NCBI GenBank assembly: GCA_963821235.1
Contig: CAWGCS010000001.1
Span: 2,390,624 to 2,454,623 of the forward strand
From: an uncultured Chloroflexia bacterium
Lineage (GTDB): Bacteria; Chloroflexota; Limnocylindria; Limnocylindrales; CSP1-4
DNA length: 64,000 nucleotides
Direction of reading: 5' to 3'
Part shown: positions 18,182 to 28,598 of the stretch, piece after piece
Layout of the letters: each line of letters starts with the position of its first letter
How positions within the stretch are numbered: the first letter of the stretch is position 1
The notes under the pieces: model-generated
The model's input: only the letters and a program-made list of their open reading frames with translations
Told to the model about the DNA's origin: nothing
Database searches by the model: none
Made by a program: the position numbers and the translations under genes

Positions 18182-19924
18182 ATGCCCGGAACCCCGTGGC
18201 GCGCCCGCCTTGCCGCGCTTGGAGCCACCGCTGCGATCGTCGTCGCGGCCTGCGGCGGCGCGGCCAGCCCGACCCCGGCCCCGTCGGCCGAGGCCACCGC
18301 CGCACCGACCCAGGCGGCCACCGAGACCCCCTTCGAGGGGATGACGTACCCGACCGCCGCCGAGGTCGACTGCGCCAACGCGACCTACAACGGCAAGCCG
18401 TACACCGGCATGATCAAGTCGATCAAGGCGCTCGACGCGAAGACCGTGGAGTTCACCCTCTGCGGCTCCGATCCGGCGTTCCTCTCGAAGGTGGCCTTCA
18501 GCCCCTTCGCGATCAATGACACGGCCTACCTCGAGAAGGCCGCCGCCGACGGCTCCATCGTCCGGGCCCCGAACGGGACCGGGCCCTACAAGCTCAAGGA
18601 GTGGGTCCAGGGCGACCACATCACCCTCGAGGCCAGCCCGACCTTCTGGGGCGAGGCGCCCAAGGCCAAGGAAGTCGTCATCCGCTGGAGCACCGAGGCC
18701 GCCCAGCGCCTCGTCGAGCTCCAGTCCGGCAACGCGGACGGCATCGACAACCCCGGCCCGACCGACTTCGACACCATCAAGAACGACCCGAACCTGAAGC
18801 TCTACCCGCGCGAAGGCCTGAACGTCTTCTACGTCGGGATGAACAACACCTACGCGCCGTTCGACAACGAGAAGGTCCGCCAGGCCGTGGCCATGGGCAT
18901 CGACCGCCAGCGGATCGTCGACAACTTCATGCCCGTGGGCTCCGAGGTGGCCACGCACTTCACGCCGTGCTCCATCCCCAACGGCTGCACGGGTCCCGAG
19001 TGGTACTCGTTCGATGCCGCCGCGGCGAAGAAGCTCCTTGCCGAGGCCGGCTACCCGGATGGCTTCAAGACCACGATCCACCTCCGTGACGTTGTCCGCG
19101 GCTACCTGCCGCAGCCCGTCATCGTGGCCCAGGACATCCAGGCCCAGCTGAAGGCCAACCTCAACATCGACGCCACGATCGACGTCCAGGAGTCCGGCAC
19201 CTACATCGACAACGCCGACGGCGGCAAGCTCGACGGCATCCACCTCCTCGGGTGGGGCGCCGACTATCCGGACATCACCAACTTCCTCGACTACCACTTC
19301 GGCGCCGGCTCGAGCGCCCAGTTCGGCGACAAGTACCCCGACATCGTCGCGGCCCTCCAGGAAGGGGCCAAGGGCGCCACCGACGACGCCCGCACGCCCG
19401 CCTACGTGACGGCCAACACGCTGGTCAAGCAGCACGTGCCGATGGTTCCCATCTCGCACGCCGGCTCGGCGACCGCCTTCAAGGCCGACGTCGAGGGAGC
19501 CCACAGCTCGCCGCTGACGAGCGAGATGTTCTCCGTCATGAAGCCGGGCGACCGCGATCAGCTCGTCTGGATCCAGAACGGTGAGCCGGCCGGGATCTAC
19601 TGCGCCGACGAGACCGACGGCGAGGCGCTTCGCGTCTGCGAGCAGATCAACGAGGCCCTCTACGGCTTCGAGGTCGGCGGCACGAAGGCGATCCCGGTCC
19701 TCGCGACCGAGTGCAAGGCGAACACGGACCTCACGGTCTGGACCTGCACCCTCCGCGACAACGTCGTCTTCGAGAACGGCGCTACGTTCGACGCGAACGA
19801 CGTCGTCCTCTCCTACGCGGTCCAGTGGGATGCGGACCATCCGCTCCACAAGGGTCGCGACGGCAGCTTCACCTACTTCCCCAGCCTGTGGGGCGGCTTC
19901 CTCAACCCGCCGCCGGCGGAATAG
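18182..19924 (+). CDS. ABC transporter substrate-binding lipoprotein, family 5 (peptide/nickel type)
   Basis: Signal peptide with lipobox IVVAACGG. 580 aa. First gene of a 5-gene Opp/Dpp-like operon. Strong RBS GAGGAGGAG. Confidence 0.9.
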   Translation: MPGTPWRARLAALGATAAIVVAACGGAASPTPAPSAEATAAPTQAATETPFEGMTYPTAAEVDCANATYNGKPYTGMIKSIKALDAKTVEFTLCGSDPAFLSKVAFSPFAINDTAYLEKAAADGSIVRAPNGTGPYKLKEWVQGDHITLEASPTFWGEAPKAKEVVIRWSTEAAQRLVELQSGNADGIDNPGPTDFDTIKNDPNLKLYPREGLNVFYVGMNNTYAPFDNEKVRQAVAMGIDRQRIVDNFMPVGSEVATHFTPCSIPNGCTGPEWYSFDAAAAKKLLAEAGYPDGFKTTIHLRDVVRGYLPQPVIVAQDIQAQLKANLNIDATIDVQESGTYIDNADGGKLDGIHLLGWGADYPDITNFLDYHFGAGSSAQFGDKYPDIVAALQEGAKGATDDARTPAYVTANTLVKQHVPMVPISHAGSATAFKADVEGAHSSPLTSEMFSVMKPGDRDQLVWIQNGEPAGIYCADETDGEALRVCEQINEALYGFEVGGTKAIPVLATECKANTDLTVWTCTLRDNVVFENGATFDANDVVLSYAVQWDADHPLHKGRDGSFTYFPSLWGGFLNPPPAE

Positions 19925-20024
19925 GGTCCCAGCACCCGCAGCCAACCGGCTCGACAGGGGGCGTCGCCGTGCGACGCCCCCTGTCGCATCCCCCCTCCCC
20001 TCGACGGAGCGCACCTGACTCGGC

Positions 20025-21101
20025 ATGAGTCGCTTCATCATCCGGCGCCTGCTGCTCAGCATCCCCGTCCTGCTCGGGGTGATCACCCTCGTCTTCGTCC
20101 TCGCCCGGGTCATCCCCAGCGATCCCTGTCGGGCGGCCCTCGGCGAGAAGGCGACGGACGCCATCTGCGACGCCTTCAACATCCGCTACGGCCTCGACCG
20201 GCCGCTGCCGGTCCAGTACGTGGCCTACATCGGCCAGGTGCTGAGCGGCGACCTGGGCTCCTCGATCCGCTTCAACCGGACGGTCGCCGACATGCTCGTC
20301 GAGCGGCTCCCGGTGACGATCGAGCTGACGATCTACGCCCTGCTCTTCGCGACGGTCGTCGGGATCTTCCTGGGCCGCGCCTCGGCCATCCGGCGCAACT
20401 CGCCGGCGGACGTCTCCACGATGGTCGTCGCCAACCTCGGCGTCTCGATCCCCGTCTTCGTGCTCGGGCTGGCGCTCGCCTACCTGTTCGCGGTCGTCCT
20501 CAAGGGGTCGCCGGTCGCGCTGCCACCGTCAGGCCGGCTCTCGCCAGGTGTCGACGTCACGCCCCTGGCCGAGGCCTGGGGCCTCCAGGGCCTCAGCGGG
20601 CTGCCACGCGCGGCGCTCGACTTCGTCTCGAACATCAACACCGTCAACGCGATCCTGACCCTCAACGGCACCCTGCTCGTGGACACCCTGCGCCACATGA
20701 TCCTGCCGGCGATCGCTCTGGGCACGATTCCCATGGCCATCATCGCCCGCATGACGCGCTCGAGCCTGCTGGACGTGCTGGGCCTCGACTACGTGCGGAC
20801 CGCCCGGGCCAAGGGCGTCGCCGAGCGACGGGTCATCAGCGCCCACGCGATGCGCAACGCCCTTCTGCCGGTGGTCACCGTCATCGGCCTCTCGCTGGGC
20901 GGCCTCCTCTCGGGCGCGGTCCTGACCGAGACGATCTTCAACCTGACCGGGATCGGCAAGACGATCGTCGAGGCCATCACCGGGCGCGACTACATCGTCA
21001 TCCAGGGGGTCGTCCTGGTCGTGGCGATCATCTACGTCGTGGTGAACCTGATCGTCGACGTGTCGTACGCGATCCTCGACCCGCGGATCCGGCTGGGATG
21101 A
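20025..21101 (+). CDS. ABC transporter permease (OppB/DppB-like)
   Basis: Polytopic protein with EAA loop DYVRTARAKGVAERRVISAHAMRNALLPVVT. Confidence 0.9.
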   Translation: MSRFIIRRLLLSIPVLLGVITLVFVLARVIPSDPCRAALGEKATDAICDAFNIRYGLDRPLPVQYVAYIGQVLSGDLGSSIRFNRTVADMLVERLPVTIELTIYALLFATVVGIFLGRASAIRRNSPADVSTMVVANLGVSIPVFVLGLALAYLFAVVLKGSPVALPPSGRLSPGVDVTPLAEAWGLQGLSGLPRAALDFVSNINTVNAILTLNGTLLVDTLRHMILPAIALGTIPMAIIARMTRSSLLDVLGLDYVRTARAKGVAERRVISAHAMRNALLPVVTVIGLSLGGLLSGAVLTETIFNLTGIGKTIVEAITGRDYIVIQGVVLVVAIIYVVVNLIVDVSYAILDPRIRLG

Positions 21102-21114
21102 AGGGCGCCGGCCG

Positions 21115-22062
21115 ATGACCACCGCGCTCGAGCCGATCCCGGCCGCCCTCGTCGACCCCGCGGCCGGCCAGAAGCCACCCAGCCTCTGGCGCGACACGCT
21201 CCGCAACATCCTCCGCCAGCACTCGGCGATCATCGGCCTCGTCTTCCTCGCCTTCCTGGTCGCCGTCGCACTCCTCGCCCCGGTCATCGCGACCCACCCG
21301 CCCAACCTGCCGATGATCGGCCTCGAGGACGGGGTCAAGGTCCGCCAGGGTCCCTGCATCCACCTGCTCGGCTGCCCGGCGACCCAGCCGGAGCACTTCA
21401 TGGGCCTCGACGGCAACGGCCGGGACGTCTTCAGCCGGGTCGTCTTCGGGGCCCAGATCAGCCTCCAGATCGGCCTCCTGACCGTCGGCTTCGCCATCGT
21501 CATCGGGGCCATCATCGGGGCGATCGCCGGCTTCCTGGGCGGCAAGACCGACAACGTCCTGATGCGCCTCATGGACGTCGTCCTCGCCTTTCCCAGCCTG
21601 CTGCTGGCGATCGCGATCGTCACCGTCCTCGGCCAGAGCCTGATCAACGCCCAGCTGGCGATCGGCATCGTGGCCATCCCGGTCTACGCCCGGGTCATGC
21701 GTGCCTCGGTGCTCTCCGTCCGCGAGCAGGAGTTCGTGTCCGCCTCGCGGGCGCTCGGCGAGTCGCAGGGCGGGATCCTCATGCGCCGGATCATGCCCAA
21801 CGCGCTCACGCCGCTCATCGTCCAGGGCACGCTGGGGATCGCCGCGGCGATCATCGACGTCGCCGCACTGTCCTTCCTCGGCATCGGCGCCCAGCCGCCG
21901 CTGGCCGAGTGGGGCTCGATGATCGGGATCGAGCGGAACGCGGTCTTCGCCGCGCCCCATCTCATCATCTTCCCCGGCCTGGCGATCGTGGTCACCTGCC
22001 TCGCCTTCAACCTGCTCGGCGACGGGGTGCGCGACGCGCTCGACCCGAGGCTGAACCGATGA
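21115..22062 (+). CDS. ABC transporter permease (OppC/DppC-like)
   Basis: EAA loop EFVSASRALGESQGGILMRRIMPNALTPLIV. Confidence 0.9.
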   Translation: MTTALEPIPAALVDPAAGQKPPSLWRDTLRNILRQHSAIIGLVFLAFLVAVALLAPVIATHPPNLPMIGLEDGVKVRQGPCIHLLGCPATQPEHFMGLDGNGRDVFSRVVFGAQISLQIGLLTVGFAIVIGAIIGAIAGFLGGKTDNVLMRLMDVVLAFPSLLLAIAIVTVLGQSLINAQLAIGIVAIPVYARVMRASVLSVREQEFVSASRALGESQGGILMRRIMPNALTPLIVQGTLGIAAAIIDVAALSFLGIGAQPPLAEWGSMIGIERNAVFAAPHLIIFPGLAIVVTCLAFNLLGDGVRDALDPRLNR

Positions 22063-23135
22063 CCTTCCCGGTCGACCGGACGAACCTGCCGGGCGGCGCC
22101 GTGATCGAGGAGCTGGCGCCAGCCGCCGCCCGTCGGGCCGGACACCCGCCTGCCGATCGCCCGCTCCTGGAGGTCCGCGGCCTGCACACGTCGTTCCACA
22201 CCCGCGACGGGATCGTGCGGGCCGTCGACGGGATCGACTTCCACGTCGACCGGGGCGAGGTCCTCGGGCTCGTCGGCGAGTCGGGCTGCGGCAAGAGCGT
22301 GACCTCGCTCTCGATCCTCCGGCTCGTCGCCCAGCCGGGCCGCATCGAGGCGGGTGAGATCCTGTTCGACGGGCGCGACCTCCTGGCCCTCAGCCAGGAC
22401 GAGATGCGGAAGGTGCGCGGCGAGCAGATCGCCATGATCTTCCAGCAGCCCACCTCCTCGCTGAACCCGGTCTGGGACGTCGGTCGGCAGATCGGCGAAG
22501 TGCTCGAGATCCACCGCAACATGAAGCGCAAGGTCGCCCGCAGCCGGGCCCTCGAGCTGCTGAAGATGGTCGGCATCCCGGATCCCGAGCGGCGCCTGCG
22601 CTCCTACCCGCACGAGCTCTCGGGCGGGATGGCCCAGCGGGTGATGATCGCGATGGCCCTCGCCTGCGAGCCGGACCTGCTCATCGCGGACGAGCCGACG
22701 ACGGCCCTCGACGTGACGATCCAGGCCCAGATCCTCGACCTGATGCGCCACCTCCGCGCGGAGACCGGCTCGGCCATCATCCTGATCACCCACGACCTCG
22801 GCGTGGTCGCCGAGATGTGCGACCGGGTGGCGGTGATGTACGCCGGCGAGATCGTCGAGCAGGCTGACGTGCGGACCCTCTTCCGTGAGCCGAAGCACCC
22901 CTACACCCGCGGCCTCATCGGCTCGATCCCGGTCGTCGGCGACATCCGCGACGAGCTTGCCGTCATCCCCGGCAACGTGCCCAACCTCATCGACCTGCCG
23001 CCGTGGTGCCGCTTCGCGCCGCGCTGCGCGGCGCGGGTGGAGGCCGGCCTGGTCCGCTGCACCGTCGACCACCCGGAGCTCCGCGAGATCGTCCCCGCCC
23101 ATGACGCTCGCTGCTTCCTGTACGAGAACGCGTGA
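22059..23135 (+). CDS. ABC transporter ATP-binding protein (OppD/DppD-like)
   Basis: Walker [11 protein letters not shown] and signature [12 protein letters not shown] 22059 lies in an ATGA overlap with the permease stop (track ORF starts earlier, at 21909). Confidence 0.9.
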   Translation: MTFPVDRTNLPGGAVIEELAPAAARRAGHPPADRPLLEVRGLHTSFHTRDGIVRAVDGIDFHVDRGEVLGLVGESGCGKSVTSLSILRLVAQPGRIEAGEILFDGRDLLALSQDEMRKVRGEQIAMIFQQPTSSLNPVWDVGRQIGEVLEIHRNMKRKVARSRALELLKMVGIPDPERRLRSYPHELSGGMAQRVMIAMALACEPDLLIADEPTTALDVTIQAQILDLMRHLRAETGSAIILITHDLGVVAEMCDRVAVMYAGEIVEQADVRTLFREPKHPYTRGLIGSIPVVGDIRDELAVIPGNVPNLIDLPPWCRFAPRCAARVEAGLVRCTVDHPELREIVPAHDARCFLYENA

Positions 23136-24244
23136 TGACCGTCGCCCGAACCCCGCCCTCGCCCGGCGCCCCGGGTGGCGCACCTGCACTCGGCGCCGTC
23201 CACGCCGACGACGGCACCCCGCTCGTCGTCGTCCGCGACCTCGTCAAGCACTTCCCGATCAAGGGCGGGCTCCTGCTGCGGAACGTCGGCTCGGTCCGCG
23301 CCGTGGACGGCGTCAGCTTCGAGATCCGCCGTGGCGAGACGCTCGGCCTCGTCGGCGAATCGGGCTGCGGCAAGACGACGGTCGGACGCCTCCTCCTCCG
23401 CCTCATCGACCCGACCTCGGGTGCGATCGTCTTCGACGGCGTCGACATCGCCCGCCTCGACAGGGCGGACCTCAAGCAGTACCGCCGGCGCATGCAGATC
23501 GTCTTCCAGGACCCCTTCGGCTCGCTCGACCCGCGCACCCCCATCGGCGAGAGCATCGGCGAGGGCCTGCGGATCCACGGCCTCGGCAACGCACGGGAGC
23601 GGGCGGCCCGGGTCCGCAAGATCATGGACATGGTCGGCCTCGAGCCGTATCACGCCCGGCGCTACCCCCACGAGTTCAGCGGCGGCCAGCGGCAGCGGAT
23701 CGGGATCGCCCGGGCGCTCGTCCTCGAGCCCGACCTCGTCGTCTGCGACGAGCCGGTCTCCGCGCTCGACGTCTCCATCCAGGCCCAGGTGCTGAACCTG
23801 CTGAAGTCCCTCCAGCGCGAGCTCGGCCTGACCTACGTCTTCATCGCCCACAACATGGGCGTGGTCGAGCACATCAGCGACCGGGTGGCGGTGATGTACC
23901 TCGGCCGGATCGTCGAGGTCACCGATCGCGCCCGGATCTTCTCCGAGCCCGAGCACCCGTACACCCAGGCCCTCCTGTCCGCGATCCCGATCCCGGATCC
24001 CGAGGTGCGCCGGTCGCGGGTGATCCTGGCCGGCGACGTGCCGTCGCCCGTCAACCCCCCACCCGGCTGTCACTTCAACCCTCGCTGCCAGCTGCGGGCC
24101 CAGCTCGGCGGGCCGGCGATCTGCGCGGAGAAGGCGCCGCCGCTCGTGGAGACGGGGACGGACCACCTCGTCGCCTGCCACTTCGCGGGTCCCGCCGCGC
24201 CGGCGGCGATCGCCGCCCGGCCGGGCGGCGCTGCGGCGACCTGA
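23132..24244 (+). CDS. ABC transporter ATP-binding protein (OppF/DppF-like)
   Basis: Walker [10 protein letters not shown] and signature FSGGQRQRI. The start overlaps the preceding stop. Confidence 0.9.
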   Translation: MMTVARTPPSPGAPGGAPALGAVHADDGTPLVVVRDLVKHFPIKGGLLLRNVGSVRAVDGVSFEIRRGETLGLVGESGCGKTTVGRLLLRLIDPTSGAIVFDGVDIARLDRADLKQYRRRMQIVFQDPFGSLDPRTPIGESIGEGLRIHGLGNARERAARVRKIMDMVGLEPYHARRYPHEFSGGQRQRIGIARALVLEPDLVVCDEPVSALDVSIQAQVLNLLKSLQRELGLTYVFIAHNMGVVEHISDRVAVMYLGRIVEVTDRARIFSEPEHPYTQALLSAIPIPDPEVRRSRVILAGDVPSPVNPPPGCHFNPRCQLRAQLGGPAICAEKAPPLVETGTDHLVACHFAGPAAPAAIAARPGGAAAT

Positions 24245-24341
24245 CTCGGGGCCGACCCGTCGACCCGACGACACGACCCGCCCCCGTCGATACGACCCGC
24301 GGGCGACACGACCCGCGGGCCAGCCGCTCCCCCGCCCGAGC

Positions 24342-25487
24342 CTAGACTGAACCTCCCCCGATGCGGGCCGCCGCCCCGATCGTCTCCGGGGTGACGTCCT
24401 CGGCGAAGTGGCACGCCACCCGGTGGCCCGGCCGGATGTCCCGGAACTCCGGGACCTCGGCGACGCAGCGCTCGGGGTTGCCGAGGTGCTCGCGGAGCCA
24501 GCAGCGGGTATGGAAGCGGCAGCCGGACGGCGGGTTTGCCGGCGAGGGGATGTCGCCCTTGAGGATGACCCGGCGCTTGCGATGGCGCGGGTTCGGGTCG
24601 GGCACGGCCGAGAGGAGCGCCACGGTGTAGGGGTGCGCCGGGGCGGCGTAGAGCTCGTCGACGTTCGCGAGCTCGGCCAGCATGCCCAGGTACATGACCC
24701 CCACGCGGTCGCTGATGTGCTCCACGACGGCGAGGTTGTGGGCGATGAACAGGTACGTCAGCCCGAGCTCCTGCTGGAGGTCGTCGAGGAGGTTGAGGAC
24801 CTGGCTCTGGATCGAGACGTCGAGCGCCGAGACGGGCTCGTCGCAGACCACGAAGTCGGGGTTGAGGGCGAGGGCGCGGGCGATGCCGATCCGCTGCCGC
24901 TGGCCGCCGCTGAACTCGTGCGGGTAGCGGTGGATGTGGCTCTGGTTGAGCCCGACGCGGGCGAGGAGCTCGCGGACGAGGTCCTCGCGCTTGGCCTTGT
25001 CGGTCAGCCCGTGGACGAGTGGACCTTCGCCGACGATCTCGCCGACCGACATTCGCGGGTTCAGGCTGGCGTAGGGGTCCTGGAAGACGACCTGGAGGTC
25101 GCGTCGGACGGCCTTCATCTGGTCCCACGGCAGGCTGGAGGCCTTGCGACCGGCCTTCCGCTGGGCCTCCGTGGGGACGTCGAAGAGGACCTTGTCCTTG
25201 ACGGTCACCTTGCCCGAGGTGGGCGGCAGGAGGCGCAGGATCACCTTGCCCAGGGTGGTCTTCCCGCAGCCCGACTCGCCGACGAGGCCGAGCGTCTCGC
25301 CTTTCCGGACGGTGAAGCTCACGTCGTCGACGGCCCGCACGGCGCCGATCCTGGAGACGCCGAGGAGGCCGCCCCGGATCTCGAAGTGCTTGACGAGGTT
25401 CTCCACCCGAAGGAGGGTCTCCCCCGGGGCTGTCGCCGGCCCGGGTGCCGGGGCCAGGCTGGTGGTCTCCATCTCGACTCCGCTCAT
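24342..25487 (-). CDS. ABC transporter ATP-binding protein (OppF-like), operon 2
   Basis: GESGCGKTT and [12 protein letters not shown] 25487 lies in an ATGA overlap with the upstream ATPase stop. Confidence 0.9.
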   Translation of the reverse strand: MSGVEMETTSLAPAPGPATAPGETLLRVENLVKHFEIRGGLLGVSRIGAVRAVDDVSFTVRKGETLGLVGESGCGKTTLGKVILRLLPPTSGKVTVKDKVLFDVPTEAQRKAGRKASSLPWDQMKAVRRDLQVVFQDPYASLNPRMSVGEIVGEGPLVHGLTDKAKREDLVRELLARVGLNQSHIHRYPHEFSGGQRQRIGIARALALNPDFVVCDEPVSALDVSIQSQVLNLLDDLQQELGLTYLFIAHNLAVVEHISDRVGVMYLGMLAELANVDELYAAPAHPYTVALLSAVPDPNPRHRKRRVILKGDIPSPANPPSGCRFHTRCWLREHLGNPERCVAEVPEFRDIRPGHRVACHFAEDVTPETIGAAARIGGGSV

Positions 25488-26545
25488 GGGGCGACGCTCA
25501 GGGCGGCGGCCGCCTCGACGGCGACCTCGGTGCTCGCATCGGGGCCAATGACCGGCGGCTCCCCCGCGGGCGTCAGCCAGCACCGCGACAGGTGCCCGGG
25601 CTCGATCTCCTGGACCGGCGGCGGCGTGTCGCAGACCGGCATGGCGTACGGGCAGCGTCGCTTGAAGAGGCAGCCCGTCGGCAGGTTGAGCGGGTTCGGG
25701 ACCACGCCCTGGATCACCTCCAGGCGGTGGCGTCGGACCCCGAGCCGCGGGATGGAGGCGAGGAGGCCCTTGGCGTACGGGTGATGGGGGCGCTCGAAGA
25801 CGGTCGTCACGTCGGCCGCCTCGACGATCTTGCCGGCGTACATCACGACGACGTCGTCGGCCATCTCGGCGATCACGCCCAGGTCGTGGGTGATGAGCAT
25901 GATCGCCATCCGGTTGCGCTCCCGGAGGGCCTTCATGAGCTCCAGGATCTGGGCCTGGATCGTCACGTCGAGGGCCGTCGTCGGCTCGTCGGCGATGAGG
26001 AGCTCGGGGTTGGTGGAGAGGGCCATGGCGATCATGACCCGCTGGCGCATCCCGCCCGACAGCTGGTGGGGGAACTCCCGCGCCCGCCGCTTGGGATCTG
26101 GGATGCCGACCTGGCCGAGCATCTCGATCGCCCGGTCGCGGGCCTCCCGCCGCGGGATCCCTTCGTGCAGGGAGACGGCCTCGGCGATCTGGTCGCCGCA
26201 GGTGTAGACGGGGTTGAGCGAGGTCATCGGCTCCTGGAAGATCATCGAGATCGCGTTGCCGCGGACGTCGCGCATCTCCTCGTCGGAAAGGGTCAGGAGG
26301 TTGCGGTTGCCGAACGTGATGGCGCCCTCGACGATTCGCCCCGGCCGCTCGATGAGGCGCATCACGGAGAGGGCGGTGATGCTCTTGCCGCAGCCGGATT
26401 CACCGACGACCCCCATTGTCTCCCCGTTGCGGATCCCGAAGCTCACCCCGTCGACGGCCTTGACGACGCCGTCCTGGGTGAAGAAGTGGGTGCGGAGCCC
26501 CTCGATGGTGAGGAGGTCGCCCCCATCCGGCCGGCGCTGGGTCAT
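25484..26545 (-). CDS. ABC transporter ATP-binding protein (OppD-like), operon 2
   Basis: [10 protein letters not shown] and LSGGMRQRV; 353 aa. Confidence 0.9.
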   Translation of the reverse strand: MTQRRPDGGDLLTIEGLRTHFFTQDGVVKAVDGVSFGIRNGETMGVVGESGCGKSITALSVMRLIERPGRIVEGAITFGNRNLLTLSDEEMRDVRGNAISMIFQEPMTSLNPVYTCGDQIAEAVSLHEGIPRREARDRAIEMLGQVGIPDPKRRAREFPHQLSGGMRQRVMIAMALSTNPELLIADEPTTALDVTIQAQILELMKALRERNRMAIMLITHDLGVIAEMADDVVVMYAGKIVEAADVTTVFERPHHPYAKGLLASIPRLGVRRHRLEVIQGVVPNPLNLPTGCLFKRRCPYAMPVCDTPPPVQEIEPGHLSRCWLTPAGEPPVIGPDASTEVAVEAAAALSVAP

Positions 26546-27471
26546 CAGTTCGATTCGACGCGCTGGCGCGGGTCGAGCGCATCGCGGAGGCCGTCGCCGA
26601 GGAAGCTCGCCGCGAGCACGACGAGCACCAGGGTGATGCCGGGGTACCAGGCGAGGAGCGGGGCCCGGTAGAAGTAGTCCTGGGCGTGGGTCAGCATGTT
26701 GCCGAGGCTTGCCTCCGGTGGGTTGATCCCGAAGCCGAGGAACGACAGGGAGGCCTCGACGACCACCGAGTCGGCGATTCCCAGGGTCGCCGCGACGACG
26801 ACCGGTGCCAGGGCGCTCGGGATCATGTGGCGGATGACGATCCGCCGGTCCGGCGCACCGAGGGCGCGGGCCGCCTGCACGAAGTCGGCTTCACGAAGCG
26901 AGAGGAACTCGGCCCGCACCAGGCGGGCCGCCGTGGTCCAGCCGGTGAGCCCGATGGCGATGATGATGACCCAGACGTTGCCCGTGCCCCAGAAGGCCAC
27001 CAGCATGACGATGAGGAAGAAGGTCGGGATCGAGAGGACGACGTCCACCATCCGCATCAGCAGGTTATCCACCCAGCCGCCGAAGTAGCCGGCGATCGAG
27101 CCGACCGTCACCCCGATGAAGACGATGACGAGGACGGCCGAGAGGCCGATGAAGAGCGAGGTCTGGAGGCCCTTCATCAGGCGCGCGAAGGTGTTGATGC
27201 CGAGGCTGTCGTAGCCGAGCGGGGCGACCAGCGTGGGCGGCTGGTTGATGCGCTCCAGCGACGTCTCTGCCCAGGCGTTCCCCGACAGGATCGGGATGAG
27301 CAGCGAGGCGGAGATCAGGATCGCCATCAGGAAGAGGGCGATCACCGCCAGGCGGTGGCGGGTGAAGCGTTGCCGGACCAGCTGCCAGTACGTCCTGACC
27401 GGGGCGAGGTCGACCTCGTCGATCAGCTGCGCCGTGGCCCCGGGGAGCTTGGTGGTCTGGGTGCCTTCCAT
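26545..27471 (-). CDS. ABC transporter permease (OppC-like), operon 2
   Basis: EAA loop [31 protein letters not shown]. Start at ATG 27471 (MEGTQTT...). Confidence 0.9.
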   Translation of the reverse strand: MEGTQTTKLPGATAQLIDEVDLAPVRTYWQLVRQRFTRHRLAVIALFLMAILISASLLIPILSGNAWAETSLERINQPPTLVAPLGYDSLGINTFARLMKGLQTSLFIGLSAVLVIVFIGVTVGSIAGYFGGWVDNLLMRMVDVVLSIPTFFLIVMLVAFWGTGNVWVIIIAIGLTGWTTAARLVRAEFLSLREADFVQAARALGAPDRRIVIRHMIPSALAPVVVAATLGIADSVVVEASLSFLGFGINPPEASLGNMLTHAQDYFYRAPLLAWYPGITLVLVVLAASFLGDGLRDALDPRQRVESN

Positions 27472-27481
27472 CGTCGCGCCC

Positions 27482-28444
27482 CTAGTACTTGATCCGCGGG
27501 TCGACGACCGCGTAGAGGACGTCGGCAAGGAGGTTGCCGACGATGACCATGGCGCCACCGATCATCACGAAGGCCAGCACGACCGGGTAGTCGCGCTCGA
27601 CGACCGCGGAGACCCCGAGGCCGCCGAGGCCCGGCCAGGTGAAGACGGCCTCCGTGATCGCGGCCCCGGTGAGGAGGGCGGGGATCGTGAGGCCGAGGAG
27701 GGTCACGATGGGGATCAGGGCGTTGCGGAGGGCGTGCTTGAAGATGACCCGCGACGAGGCGAGGCCCTTCGCCTTGGCGGTCCGGATGTAGTCGGCCCGC
27801 AGGACCTCCAGCATCGACGCCCGCATGTAGCGGCTCCAGCCGGCCACCCCCACGATCGTCAGCGTCATGACGGGCAAGAAGAGGTGCCAGAGGAGGTCGA
27901 GGACGTCGCCGTCCTTTCCGAACGAGTACTTCCCGAAGAGGGGGAAGAGGTCCAGCTGCTGGGCGAAGACCTGGCGAAGGATGATGCCGAGCCAGAAGGT
28001 CGGGAGCGCGTAGCCGATGGTGGCGATGATCGCGATGACCTTGTCGGCGATGCTGTACTGCTTCACGGCGCCGAGGATCCCGATCGGGATCGCGATCACC
28101 ACGGTCAGGAAGAGCGACGACCCCATGAGCTGGAGCGTGCTGGGGATCCGCTCGAAGATCTTGTCGCGGACCGGCAGCCCGTCCGTGATCGAGTAGCCCC
28201 AGGCGGTGTTGTCCCAGGGGAACTGCCAGAAGGCGCTGAACCACTTGAAGAACTGGACGAGCAGCGGCTGGTCGAGCCCGTAGACCCGCCGCAGGTTCTC
28301 GATGACCTCCGGTGAGACCCGCGGCGAGCGGAAGCGGTCGAACGGATCGCCCGGGGACAGGAAGACGATGAAGAAGCTGATGACGCTGATCCCGATGATG
28401 ATCGGGATCGCCTGGATCAGCCGACGAAGGATGTAGCGGGCCAT
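27482..28444 (-). CDS. ABC transporter permease (OppB-like), operon 2
   Basis: MARYILRRLIQAIP N-terminus and DYIRTAKAKGLASSRVIFKHALRNALIPIVT. Confidence 0.9.
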   Translation of the reverse strand: MARYILRRLIQAIPIIIGISVISFFIVFLSPGDPFDRFRSPRVSPEVIENLRRVYGLDQPLLVQFFKWFSAFWQFPWDNTAWGYSITDGLPVRDKIFERIPSTLQLMGSSLFLTVVIAIPIGILGAVKQYSIADKVIAIIATIGYALPTFWLGIILRQVFAQQLDLFPLFGKYSFGKDGDVLDLLWHLFLPVMTLTIVGVAGWSRYMRASMLEVLRADYIRTAKAKGLASSRVIFKHALRNALIPIVTLLGLTIPALLTGAAITEAVFTWPGLGGLGVSAVVERDYPVVLAFVMIGGAMVIVGNLLADVLYAVVDPRIKY

Positions 28445-28598
28445 CGGCTCAGCCTCGGTCGTTCGGCGGGACGGGCCGGCCGGGAGCCGGACGGCTGTGA
28501 GATTGGGGCACGGGAACCTTCACGGAATGGATCGGCCGGCGGCGGCCGTGAAGCCGCCGCCGGCCGTGGATCTCAGCGGGACGCTCGTGGCGCCGCGG

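Noticed and set aside
24245-24341. Three ACGACCCGC(GGG) repeats in the spacer between the convergent ABC operons.
   Set aside because: Short, irregularly spaced, and built around the self-complementary CCCGCGGG. Most simply these are overlapping terminator-type hairpins for the two convergent operons, not a repeat array or CRISPR.
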